The notes beneath the pieces were generated by a model. That model was not told the DNA's origin, searched no databases, and saw only the letters and a list, made by a program, of their open reading frames with translations. A stretch of DNA of 32,000 bases from Pseudomonas aeruginosa. Lineage in GTDB: Bacteria; Pseudomonadota; Gammaproteobacteria; Pseudomonadales; Pseudomonadaceae. Below, piece after piece: positions 18,561-26,716 of the stretch. The number at the start of each line of letters is the position of its first letter. Position 1 is the stretch's first letter. The DNA is taken from the NCBI RefSeq assembly GCF_001457615.1, contig NZ_LN831024.1, positions 5,220,001 through 5,252,000 of the forward strand, read 5' to 3'. Both the position numbers and the translations under genes were made by a program.

Positions 18561-18653
18561 GGTCCTTTGTTCTCCTCTGAAGGCCGAGCGCATGGTAGGC
18601 CGCGCCTCGAACGCCGGCAACAGCCGTTGGCGAGGAAATCTCCGACGGCCGAT

Positions 18654-18681
18654 TAAGGATTTGCCGTCCTCCTGCCGATAA
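18654..18681 (+). promoter_or_regulatory. FliA (sigma28)-like promoter of the downstream chemoreceptor
   Basis: TAAG-N16-GCCGATAA (18654-18657, 18674-18681), 42 bp before the start codon at 18723. Confidence 0.65.
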
Positions 18682-18722
18682 GCTCCTCAGAGACAATTCC
18701 AACAAGGGTCAGAAGTCCCATC

Positions 18723-20861
18723 ATGAAGCTCAAGTCGATCCAGTTTTCTGTCGCCGCCCTCGCCGGCGCCAGCGTTCTAAGCGTCGTCGTGGTGCTGGTG
18801 CTGTACGCCCTGTTCGCCGGCGCGCGAACGCAGGAGCTGGTGCAGCAACGCACCCAGGGCCTGCTGGAGAAGGTCATCAACGAGCGCCTGGTGGCCCTGG
18901 CCCGCGCCCAGGTCAGCCAGATCCAGCGCGAGCTGGAGTATCCGCTGACGGTGGTCCACGGCCTGGCCAACAGCACCCGCCTGCTCGGCGAGCCGGGCGC
19001 CGACGGCATGCCGCAGCTGAACGCCAGCCGCGACGAAATCTCCGCGCTGCTGCGCAGCACCGTACAGAACAACCCCAAGCTGCTCGACACCTTCATGGCC
19101 TGGGAAGCCAATGCCTTCGATACCGATGCCGCCTTCGCCGGGCAACCCGGCAAGGGCTACGGCCCGGACGGCCGCTACCTGCCCTGGTGGTATCGCGGCG
19201 CCGACGGCAAGCCGATCGTGGAGGCCATGGCCGACAGCATCGATAGCGAAAAGCTGCTGCCCACCGGGGTGCGCGAGAACGAGTTCTACGCCTGTCCGAA
19301 AGAGAACAAGCGTCCCTGCATCATCGACCCGGCCCCCTACGAAATGGGCGGCAAGACCGTGATGATGTCGTCCTTCAACGTGCCGATCATGGTCGGAGAC
19401 CAGTTCCGCGGCGCAGTCGGCGCCGACCTCTCGCTGGCCTTCATCCAGGACCTGCTCAAGCGCGCCGACCAGCAGCTCTACAATGGCGCCGGGGAAATGG
19501 CGCTGATCGCCAGCAACGGCCGCCTGGTGGCCTACACCCGCGACGACAGCAAGCTCGGCGAGCCCGCCGGCAGCGTCCTCGACGGCAACGAAGTGGACAA
19601 CCTGAAGAACCTCACGGTTGACCAGCCGCTCTACGACATCGACGCCGAGCACGGCCACATCGAGCTGTTCCTGCCTTTCACCATCGCCGACAGCGGCGTG
19701 CGCTGGACCCTCATGCTGCAGATTCCCCAGGCGGCGGTATTCGGCGAACTGCAGCAACTCCAGGGCGAGCTGAGCGACCAGCGCCAGCAGGATATCCTCG
19801 GCATGAGCCTGGCCGGCCTGGTGGTAGCGGCCCTCGGCCTGCTGGTGGTCTGGCTGGTCGGCTACGGCATCGCCCGGCCGCTGCGCCAACTGGTCGGCAT
19901 GCTCGACGACATCGCCCAGGGCGAAGGCGACCTTACCCGCCGCCTGAGCAGCGAGCGCGCCGACGAGCTGGGCTCCATCGCCAAGGGCTTCAATACCTTC
20001 CTTGGCAAGCTGCAGAACATGATCGGCCAGGTGGTGCAATCGGTGCAGAAGGTCAGCGACTCCTCGGAGCACACCGCCGACATCGCCATCCGTACCAACC
20101 AGGGCGTGCAGCAGCAACTGGCGGAGATCGAACTGGTGGCCACCGCGGTCCACGAGATGACCGCCACCGCCCAGGACGTGGCGCGCAACGCCACCCACGC
20201 CGCCGAGGCAGCCAACCACGCGGACCAGGCCGCGCACCAGGGCAAGCAGATCGTCGAAAGCAGCTCGGCGGCGATCCAGGCCCTGGCCAGCGAGATCGGC
20301 CGCGCGGTCGGAGTGGTGCAGAACCTGGCCAAGGACAGCGAAAACATCAACGCGATCCTGGTGGCGATCCGCGGTATCGCCGAGCAGACCAACCTGCTCG
20401 CCCTCAACGCCGCCATCGAGGCCGCCCGCGCCGGCGAGCAGGGTCGCGGTTTCGCGGTGGTGGCCGACGAGGTACGCAACCTGGCGCAGAAGACCCAGCA
20501 GGCCACCGAAGAAATCCAGAGCATGATCCAGCAGTTGCAGCAGGGCACCCGCGACGTGGTGAAGGTCATGCAGGACAGCCAGGACCGCACCGACGACAGC
20601 GTGCGCCATGCGCGCCAGGCGGCCGAAGCGCTGGAGTCGATCACCCAGGCGGTATCGGTGATCAACGACATGAACACCCAGATCGCCAGCGCCGCCGAGG
20701 AGCAGAGCGCGGTGGCCGAGGACATCAACCGCAACGTCGCCAACATCGGCCAGGTCGCCAACCAGGTGGCCGGCGGCGCCGACGAGGCCTCGCAGGCCAG
20801 CGCCGAGCTGACCCGCCTGGCCGAGCAGCAGCGGCGCCTGGTGAATCAGTTCAGGGTCTAG
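18723..20861 (+). CDS. Methyl-accepting chemotaxis transducer with large periplasmic dCache-type domain and HAMP (PA4633-like)
   Basis: 712 aa; N-terminal TM, periplasmic region with [16 protein letters not shown], second TM, HAMP, and signalling hairpin [40 protein letters not shown]. Confidence 0.95.
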   Translation: MKLKSIQFSVAALAGASVLSVVVVLVLYALFAGARTQELVQQRTQGLLEKVINERLVALARAQVSQIQRELEYPLTVVHGLANSTRLLGEPGADGMPQLNASRDEISALLRSTVQNNPKLLDTFMAWEANAFDTDAAFAGQPGKGYGPDGRYLPWWYRGADGKPIVEAMADSIDSEKLLPTGVRENEFYACPKENKRPCIIDPAPYEMGGKTVMMSSFNVPIMVGDQFRGAVGADLSLAFIQDLLKRADQQLYNGAGEMALIASNGRLVAYTRDDSKLGEPAGSVLDGNEVDNLKNLTVDQPLYDIDAEHGHIELFLPFTIADSGVRWTLMLQIPQAAVFGELQQLQGELSDQRQQDILGMSLAGLVVAALGLLVVWLVGYGIARPLRQLVGMLDDIAQGEGDLTRRLSSERADELGSIAKGFNTFLGKLQNMIGQVVQSVQKVSDSSEHTADIAIRTNQGVQQQLAEIELVATAVHEMTATAQDVARNATHAAEAANHADQAAHQGKQIVESSSAAIQALASEIGRAVGVVQNLAKDSENINAILVAIRGIAEQTNLLALNAAIEAARAGEQGRGFAVVADEVRNLAQKTQQATEEIQSMIQQLQQGTRDVVKVMQDSQDRTDDSVRHARQAAEALESITQAVSVINDMNTQIASAAEEQSAVAEDINRNVANIGQVANQVAGGADEASQASAELTRLAEQQRRLVNQFRV

Positions 20862-20863
20862 CG

Positions 20864-21478
20864 TCAGGCCGGGGTCAGGCACTCCGGCCCGTCGGTTTCA
20901 GGCTTGTTGACGAAGCCGGCCAGGGCCACGCTGCGCAGGTTCGGCTGGGGCTTGGCGAGCAGGCTGATCAGCGCCGGCAGCGGCGTGTCCGGAGCCAGCC
21001 AGGCATCCTGCTCGGCCTCGTCAAGCAGCAGCGGCCGGCGGAACTCGGCGGCCGCCTGGGATACCTGGGCCACGCTGAGCCAGGTCTGTCCCTGCACCGG
21101 ATAGGCCTCCCAGATGCCGGCGAAGAACAACAGGCGCTCGCCGGTGGAAACCCAGTACGGACGCTTGCGCACCCCGCGCCATTCATAGAAGCCGTTGGCC
21201 GGCAGCAGGCAGCGGCGCTGCTGGAACGCCTCGCGGAACATCGGTTGCTCGGCGAGGGTTTCCGCCCGCGCGTGGCTGGGCGTACGCGACAGGTCGGTGA
21301 GCCAGGCCGGGGTCAGCCCCCAGCGCGCCAGGTCGGCGCGGCGCGCACCGGCGTCCTCGCGAACCATCAGCACCTGGTTCGCCGGAGAAATGTTCCAGTG
21401 CGCCCGCCAATCCGCCGGAAAGCCCGGCAGGGCCGCCAGCGACGGATTCCAGCGGAACAGGGCGTAACGACCACTCAT
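20864..21478 (-). CDS. SRAP (YedK/HMCES) family protein, catalytically atypical (PA4634-like)
   Basis: MSGRYALFRWNPSLAAL..., LPANGFYEWRG, RPYWV...FAGIWE match the SRAP fold. Start at 21478; the upstream extension to 21550 lacks a convincing start. Confidence 0.82.
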   Translation of the reverse strand: MSGRYALFRWNPSLAALPGFPADWRAHWNISPANQVLMVREDAGARRADLARWGLTPAWLTDLSRTPSHARAETLAEQPMFREAFQQRRCLLPANGFYEWRGVRKRPYWVSTGERLLFFAGIWEAYPVQGQTWLSVAQVSQAAAEFRRPLLLDEAEQDAWLAPDTPLPALISLLAKPQPNLRSVALAGFVNKPETDGPECLTPA

Positions 21479-21573
21479 GCTTGGCACTGCCTGGTGAGGG
21501 AAAGCCGCACAGTGTAACCCGAAGCGCCACACTGGCCTTGCCGAACGCAAGCTGAATGAAACCCAATCTTAAC

Positions 21574-21602
21574 TTGACGCGCCTATCCTCCAGGCTTAAG
21601 GT
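21574..21602 (+). promoter_or_regulatory. Candidate sigma70 promoter for the mgtC transcript
   Basis: TTGACG (21574-21579), 17-bp spacer, TAAGGT (21597-21602). Confidence 0.4.
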
Positions 21603-21903
21603 GCCGCCCGCATTCTGTAACCCACACAGGAGTCCTGCATTGGACAACAGCCCTAGTCGATTGCGACAGGTCCATCCGGCGAGCTAGTCCAGCAGAACCC
21701 TCTGCCACTGCCTCGCCGAACATGGCGGACAGTGGCGATCCGCATCCCGACCGGGATGACGCATCCCCATTTTCCCTTCGTGTCCCTTCCCTCGCGCCAT
21801 CCGCGCAGCGGGAAGCCGCGGTCCTGCGCAATCCATCGTCCTTTATCCGCGCGGACCGACGGCCCGCGCCAGCTCCGGCCGTCGGCCGGCAACGAGGTGA
21901 AAC
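21603..21903 (+). promoter_or_regulatory. Long structured 5' leader of mgtC-like gene
   Basis: About 300 nt between predicted promoter and start codon; hairpins ccactg(21705-21710)/cagtgg(21730-21735) with inner cgcc/ggcg, and catccc(21743-21748)/gggatg(21753-21758); contains the start of a 79-aa ORF. Confidence 0.4.
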
Positions 21904-22608
21904 ATGGATTGGAAAGTATTTCTCCTGCGCGTCGCGGTCGCGCTGGTCCTGGGCGCCCTGATCGGCGCCGAACGCCAGCTGCGCCAACGCCTCACCGGCC
22001 TGCGCACCAACGCGCTGGTCAGCACTGGCGCCTGCCTGTTCGTGCTGATGACTCAGGGCGTGCCCGGCCTGGCCGGCGACGCTTCACGGATCGCCGCCTA
22101 TGTAGTCTCCGGGATTGGCTTCCTCGGCGGCGGCGTGATCATGCGCGACGGCCTCAACGTGCGCGGCCTGAACACCGCAGCCACCCTCTGGTGCACCGCC
22201 GCCATCGGCGTCCTGTGCAGCATGGGCCTGCTGCTGGAGGCCACGCTCGGCAGCCTGATGGTGCTCTGCGCCAACATCCTGTTGCGCGACATCGCCCAAC
22301 GCCTGAACCGCCAGGACGTGTTGCCGGCCAGCGAGGCCGAGCAACGCTACGAAGTGCAGATCGTCTGCCGCGCCGAGGACGAGATCCAGGTTCGCAGCCT
22401 GATGCTGCACAGCCTCGGCAGCAGCGACCTGCGCCTGCAATCGCTGCACAGCGAGGATCTGGACAACCCGGCCAAGCTGGAAGTCCGCGCCGAACTGCTC
22501 GGCACCCCCGAAGCTCCGGCGCAGCTGGAACGCCTGGTCAGCCGGGTCAGCCTGGAGAAGGGCGTCAGCTCGGTGCGCTGGCAGGTCTTCGAACTGGCGG
22601 CCGACTGA
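21904..22608 (+). CDS. mgtC: MgtC/SapB family membrane protein (PA4635-like)
   Basis: 234 aa; LLRVAVALVLGALIGAERQLRQRLTGLRTNALVSTGACLFVL and AAYVVSGIGFLGGGVIMRDGLNVRGLNTAATLWCTAAIGVL are hallmark MgtC sequences. Confidence 0.92.
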   Translation: MDWKVFLLRVAVALVLGALIGAERQLRQRLTGLRTNALVSTGACLFVLMTQGVPGLAGDASRIAAYVVSGIGFLGGGVIMRDGLNVRGLNTAATLWCTAAIGVLCSMGLLLEATLGSLMVLCANILLRDIAQRLNRQDVLPASEAEQRYEVQIVCRAEDEIQVRSLMLHSLGSSDLRLQSLHSEDLDNPAKLEVRAELLGTPEAPAQLERLVSRVSLEKGVSSVRWQVFELAAD

Positions 22609-22883
22609 GCGGCGGCCGCCTCAACACAACAGGCTGCCGGGCCGCAGGGCTCCGGCGGCTCCTCGGCCAACGGGGCGGCGGCGTTGTAGGCGAGGATCAG
22701 TTCTCGCGCCCGCTCCGTCTGCTCGTCCGCCACCAACAACGCCAGCAGTCCGCCAGGCGGCAGTTCGCCGATGGCGCCGACCAGGTGGCGGCCGCTGACA
22801 TGGGCGGCGATCCCTTCGCTGGCGAGCATTCCCACCAGCATCTCGGCCTCCAGCAGGTCGGCCGGCTCATATACGCGCTGCAT
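22347..22883 (-). CDS. DUF2007-like (putative signal-transducing) small protein; C-terminal part overlaps mgtC antisense
   Basis: N-terminal ~70 aa (MQRVYEPADLLEAEMLVGMLASEGIAAHVSGRHLVGAIGELPPGGLLALLVADEQTERARELI) is typical. The 3' half has no in-frame stop until 22347. Confidence 0.7.
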   Translation of the reverse strand: MQRVYEPADLLEAEMLVGMLASEGIAAHVSGRHLVGAIGELPPGGLLALLVADEQTERARELILAYNAAAPLAEEPPEPCGPAACCVEAAAAQSAASSKTCQRTELTPFSRLTRLTRRSSCAGASGVPSSSARTSSLAGLSRSSLCSDCRRRSLLPRLCSIRLRTWISSSARQTICTS

Positions 22884-23065
22884 CAGTCATCCTCCCGGCG
22901 GACGTTCAGTGACCAGTCCTGCCCATCGGTGCGCAGGTCGAACAGGATCGGCCGGCAGCACACCGGGCAGTCCTCGTAGTACTGCTGGTCGCCGGCGCTC
23001 AGGTCGAGCAGCGCCTCGGCCGGTTCCCCGCAGTAAGGGCAGCTATAGGCCTGGCTTTCGAGCAT
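22883..23065 (-). CDS. CPXCG-motif cysteine-rich small zinc-ribbon-like protein
   Basis: 60 aa; SCPYCGEP...DCPVCCRPI; coupled to the downstream ORF through an overlapping stop/start. Confidence 0.85.
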   Translation of the reverse strand: MLESQAYSCPYCGEPAEALLDLSAGDQQYYEDCPVCCRPILFDLRTDGQDWSLNVRREDD

Positions 23066-23090
23066 CGCTGCACCCCCTATGAGTTCCGTT

Positions 23091-23096
23091 TATAAT
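23091..23096 (+). promoter_or_regulatory. Perfect -10 box TATAAT for the acyltransferase gene
   Basis: cgtttataatcgcgc; no strong -35. Confidence 0.5.
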
Positions 23097-23147
23097 CGCG
23101 CGGTTCAATTTTCGGCCACCCCCTTGGGCGGCCTTCGCAGCATCCAT

Positions 23148-24323
23148 ATGGAACCAGAAAGCATGATGGGCGAGTTCGAAGCCATCCGACCCTACAGTGA
23201 CGCCGAAGTCCCCGCGGTATTGCAACGCCTCCTGAGCGACGACGCCTTCCTCGGCGCCCTGGTCCGCTACCGCTTCCCGCGCCTGGCCGGTCCCCTCGGT
23301 TGGCTGCTCAAACCTCTTATAGCCCATCGCCTGGCCCGCGAGGTCACCGGCATCCGCAGCGTCGCCACGCTGCAGGACAAGTTCGAGCCCTACGTCGACC
23401 ACACCATCGAGAAGGCCACCGATGGCGTCACCTACTCCGGGGTCAATCGCCTCAAGCCAGGCTGCGCCTACCTGTTCATCGCCAACCACCGCGATATCGT
23501 GATGGACCCGGCCTTCGTCAACTACGCCGTGTACCACGCCGGCCTGCCGACCCCGCGCATCGCCATCGGCGACAACCTGCTGCAGAAATCCTTCGTCAGC
23601 GACCTGATGCGCCTGAACAAGAGCTTCATCGTGCACCGTTCGCTGAGCGGCCGGCGCGAGAAGCTCGCCGCCTACCAGACGCTCTCCGCCTACATCAACC
23701 ACTCGATCCGCGAGGACCGCCAGTCGGTGTGGATCGCCCAGGCCGAAGGGCGGGCCAAGGACGGCGACGACCGTACCGACTCGGCGATACTCAAGATGTT
23801 CCACATGAGCCGCAAGGACGAACCCTTCGCCGAAATGGTGCGCGCCCTGCATTTCATCCCGGTGTCGATCAGCTACGAATACGACCCCTGCGACCTGGCC
23901 AAGGCCCGCGAGTTGCACACCCGCGCCAGCACCGGCGAGTACCGCAAGGCGCCGGGCGAGGACGATGCCAGCATCGCCCTGGGCATCACCGGCTACAAGG
24001 GCCGCGTGCACATCAACTTCGGTGCCGAGCTGGAGGGCGAGTTCAGCGACGCCAAGCAGCTGGCCGCCGAACTGGACCGGCAGATCCTCGGCAACTACCG
24101 TCTGTTCCCGGTGCACTACCTGGCCTACGAGATGAGCGAGAACCGCGACCCGGGCCTCGCCGTCCCCACGGCCGAGAGCCTGTTCGGCAGCGAGGAGCTG
24201 GAGAAGGCGCGCAAGGAATGGAACCGCCGCCTGGAGCAATGCCCGGCCGAGCAGCGCCCCTGGCTGGTGCTACAATACGCCAACCCGGTGCTCAACCAAT
24301 ACCGGATCAAGCAGCAATCCTGA
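23148..24323 (+). CDS. PlsC-like 1-acyl-glycerol-3-phosphate acyltransferase family protein
   Basis: Acyltransferase motifs FIANHRDIVMDPAF and IAQAEGRAKDG. Start placed at MEPESMMGEFEAIRPYS (23148) or 23163/23166 because the TATAAT at 23091 lies downstream of the track start 23079. Confidence 0.85.
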   Translation: MEPESMMGEFEAIRPYSDAEVPAVLQRLLSDDAFLGALVRYRFPRLAGPLGWLLKPLIAHRLAREVTGIRSVATLQDKFEPYVDHTIEKATDGVTYSGVNRLKPGCAYLFIANHRDIVMDPAFVNYAVYHAGLPTPRIAIGDNLLQKSFVSDLMRLNKSFIVHRSLSGRREKLAAYQTLSAYINHSIREDRQSVWIAQAEGRAKDGDDRTDSAILKMFHMSRKDEPFAEMVRALHFIPVSISYEYDPCDLAKARELHTRASTGEYRKAPGEDDASIALGITGYKGRVHINFGAELEGEFSDAKQLAAELDRQILGNYRLFPVHYLAYEMSENRDPGLAVPTAESLFGSEELEKARKEWNRRLEQCPAEQRPWLVLQYANPVLNQYRIKQQS

Positions 24324-24329
24324 AGACGA

Positions 24330-24350
24330 AAGCCCGGCGCCGCCGGGCTT
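24330..24350. terminator. Intrinsic terminator
   Basis: aagcccggcgccgccgggctt, GC hairpin immediately after the acyltransferase stop codon. Confidence 0.7.
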
Positions 24351-24388
24351 CTCCATCGGGCAACGGCTTCGAACCCGCAGGCGATGGA

Positions 24389-24413
24389 CGGATAACCGCG
24401 ATACGCTTATCCG
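24389..24413. repeat. Intergenic imperfect palindrome of GGATAACGC type
   Basis: cggataaccgcg-ata-cgcttatccg between convergent genes, related to 1829-1849. Confidence 0.6.
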
Positions 24414-24443
24414 CGTGCGGTTCGGCTCGCCGAGGCAGGGCTC

Positions 24444-24740
24444 TCAGAGCCGCGTGCTGGCCCAGCTGACCAGCAGCGCCAGGCCCAGGCAGGCGGTGCC
24501 GAATCGGTAGAAGAACAGGTTGATCCGCAGGGTCGCCTCGTCCATCGGCAATGCCGCCTCCCCCGCCTCCCCCGCCTCCCCCGCCTCGCCCTCCGCGGCC
24601 CAGCGCGCCAGGGCGCGACGCTCGCGTGCGCGGGTGGCCAGCAGCAGCCAGGCGCCGGCGACACCGAAGAACAGCGCAAGGCCGTTCACGGCCTGCGCGG
24701 GATGGGCGAGGAACAGCGCCCACAAGGCTTGCAAGGACAT
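24444..24740 (-). CDS. Small membrane protein with GEA tripeptide repeat (PA4638-like)
   Basis: 98 aa from ATG 24740 after GGAGG RBS (gcggaggttatcgATG); two hydrophobic segments separated by EGEAGEAGEAGEALP. Confidence 0.7.
   Translation of the reverse strand: MSLQALWALFLAHPAQAVNGLALFFGVAGAWLLLATRARERRALARWAAEGEAGEAGEAGEAALPMDEATLRINLFFYRFGTACLGLALLVSWASTRL
24556..24591. repeat. 9-bp microsatellite (gcctccccc)x3 plus one variant copy, in frame
   Basis: gcctccccc gcctccccc gcctccccc gcctcgccc. Confidence 0.9.
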
Positions 24741-25023
24741 CGATAACCTCCGCAACAGGACCACACGCCGGGGCTACCGAATAACGCCTTGGGTGAGCTG
24801 ATGACAGGACGGACCGTCGGGGACGGCGGGGAAGGACTGGTCGAATTCTATCCAGAATGCATGAGCGACGGCCAGCGGCACCCGGGTTGTCGCGACGAAG
24901 CGCAGCGGTTAGCAGCAATCCGTCTAAAAAAGGCGCGGCCTCGCCAGAGTGACCGACTAGTCTGAAAGTGATTTGCCGGTCACAGAACCCCACCCAGGCA
25001 AACGACAACACAGGAGAGTCGTC

Positions 25024-25230
25024 ATGCTGGAAACCGCACCCCACGAACATAACTATCTGATCGACCACCTGGACGAGATCGAGGCCGTGATCGTCGATCT
25101 TTCCTTCAATGTCCAGGACGACCGCTGGCTGGTGTACTGCACCGCCTGCGGCCATGAACACCTCGACCTGCCTGAGACCGACGAACGCATCAGCATCGGC
25201 GAGCCGGACCCGTTCCACCAGGCCGCCTGA
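25024..25230 (+). CDS. Conserved small hypothetical protein
   Basis: 68 aa MLETAPHEHNYLIDHLDEIEAVIVDLSFNVQDDRWLVYCTACGHEHLDLPETDERISIGEPDPFHQAA; good RBS (ggagagtcgtc) before 25024. Confidence 0.7.
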   Translation: MLETAPHEHNYLIDHLDEIEAVIVDLSFNVQDDRWLVYCTACGHEHLDLPETDERISIGEPDPFHQAA

Positions 25231-25248
25231 GTTTCCCGAGCGCATGAA

Positions 25249-25273
25249 AAAGCCCGGCATCCGCCGGGCTTTC
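25249..25273. terminator. Bidirectional intrinsic terminator
   Basis: aaagcccggc-atcc-gccgggcttt between convergent genes. Confidence 0.85.
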
Positions 25274-25287
25274 TCGTTACCGCCGGC

Positions 25288-25875
25288 TCATTGCTGGCCG
25301 AGGGTCTGAGCGATGGTCGGGTCCTTGAACACGCGGGTCAGGGCGTCGCTGAGCACCTCGCTGACCAGCTTGCTGTTGGTCGCCTGGTTCGGCGCCATGC
25401 CGAAGCGCTGGTTCAGCGAGGCGCCATAGCGACCGGTGTAGCGCCGGCTGCTGTTCTGCACGTCGGCGCGGAAGGTCGCGGTGATGTCGGCCTGGGTGAC
25501 GTAGACGCCGTCCTTCGGCGACTGGTACTTCAGCTCGGCCAGGGTCAGGGTCAGTTGCGGCGCGTTGTAGGCGTTGGCCGAAGGCGTGTAGCCGAGCAGG
25601 CGCACGGCCGTCTCGGCCTGGGCCTGGAGCTTGGGCACCACGTCCTCGCTACGGACGGTCAGGGTGCTGGTATCGGCGTAGAGGCCGCCGCGAGTGCCCA
25701 GGGACGGGCCGGGACGGCCATCGACCACCTTGACCACCACCGGCTGGCCATGGCCGACTGCGGTCAACGGTCCTTTAAGGACCGGTTGCGGGTCCAGTTG
25801 TTGCGGGCTCAGGGCGCAGCCGCCGAGAACCAGGGCGCTTGCGGTCATCAGGCTGAGCAACAGGCGATGCAGCAT
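25288..25875 (-). CDS. YajG-family lipoprotein
   Basis: MLHRLLLSLMTASALVLGGCALSPQQLDPQP..., lipobox LGGC. ATG at 25875 has the RBS ggagag; the upstream extension to 26067 is not supported. Confidence 0.85.
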   Translation of the reverse strand: MLHRLLLSLMTASALVLGGCALSPQQLDPQPVLKGPLTAVGHGQPVVVKVVDGRPGPSLGTRGGLYADTSTLTVRSEDVVPKLQAQAETAVRLLGYTPSANAYNAPQLTLTLAELKYQSPKDGVYVTQADITATFRADVQNSSRRYTGRYGASLNQRFGMAPNQATNSKLVSEVLSDALTRVFKDPTIAQTLGQQ

Positions 25876-26125
25876 GCTCATCTCTCCATGGGTTGGGCAC
25901 GAATGGCCGGCAGTATAACGGCGCCGCGAAAGCACCGCAGCATTGCCTTGGACGTTCGCCACGGGGCGCGGTTCCTCGCCTGTGGCAGGTGGCGCAGGGC
26001 ACGCATGCCCGGCGTTTGGCAGATACGGCGCGGCGGATTGTCCCAGGGGGCTTTCGCCGGCGGGCACTTCGTGACCGGGAATGGGAAAAAAGTCTAAGGA
26101 GCGGGGTATTTTTTGATTTTCACCG

Positions 26126-26148
26126 TTATAATCGCCCCCCGATTATAA
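26126..26148. promoter_or_regulatory. Perfect inverted repeat containing mirrored TATAAT boxes
   Basis: ttataatcg-ccccc-cgattataa; TATAAT on the plus strand (26127-26132) and on the minus strand (26147-26142). Confidence 0.55.
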
Positions 26149-26716
26149 GGACGCCTCCTGATCGGGTTCCGGCCCCCGCGCCATCCCCCCACAGAGAGCC
26201 GCCAGTAGAGCGCTGCCCCATGAGGCAGACGCCCTGAAACGCCTGTAGCGAGTTTTTCGGCAAGGAATGCCGCATGACCCCGCACGATTCTGCGAAGGCA
26301 TGCCCGCGACAGACGAGCCCTTCCGGCCCATGTCTCCAAAAGAGCGTGGATCGAAGGTATTTCACTACTTCACGAGAGTGTGGCGAGCAATGAAGAGTTT
26401 TGCGTCGGTAAGTGCGCCATTAGCGCTTGAAACAGCCCCCCGCAGACGCGACCGCAGCGGATACCTCATGACCAGAGCCTGACGGCCCGTTCCGTCGCGA
26501 ATGTGCTTGCACGACCGGATGCCCGCATGGGCCAGCCAGGCTGCCAGATCGCCAGCCCCGCGCCCGGCATCCATAGGCGATGACGCCCGGCGTCCCGCCG
26601 TTGTTGCGAAGAATCGGACATGACGGCTCCCTCCGCCGCTGCCTGCCGGCCCGTACCGGCCTCGGCCCCGCCCCGTCTGTCGTCAATTTGGTGCTGAAGA
26701 TTTTGGAGAAGCGTTA

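Noticed and set aside
18777-20882. 701-aa minus-strand ORF opposite the chemoreceptor
   Set aside because: Antisense shadow of a well-supported MCP gene; residue composition typical of reverse-complement translation.
21732-22979. 415-aa plus-strand ORF overlapping mgtC in another frame
   Set aside because: Low-complexity Arg/Ser/Pro composition, crosses mgtC and the downstream minus-strand genes; MgtC frame is clearly the coding one.
23043-24239. 398-aa minus-strand ORF opposite the acyltransferase
   Set aside because: Antisense artefact; the plus strand carries acyltransferase catalytic motifs.
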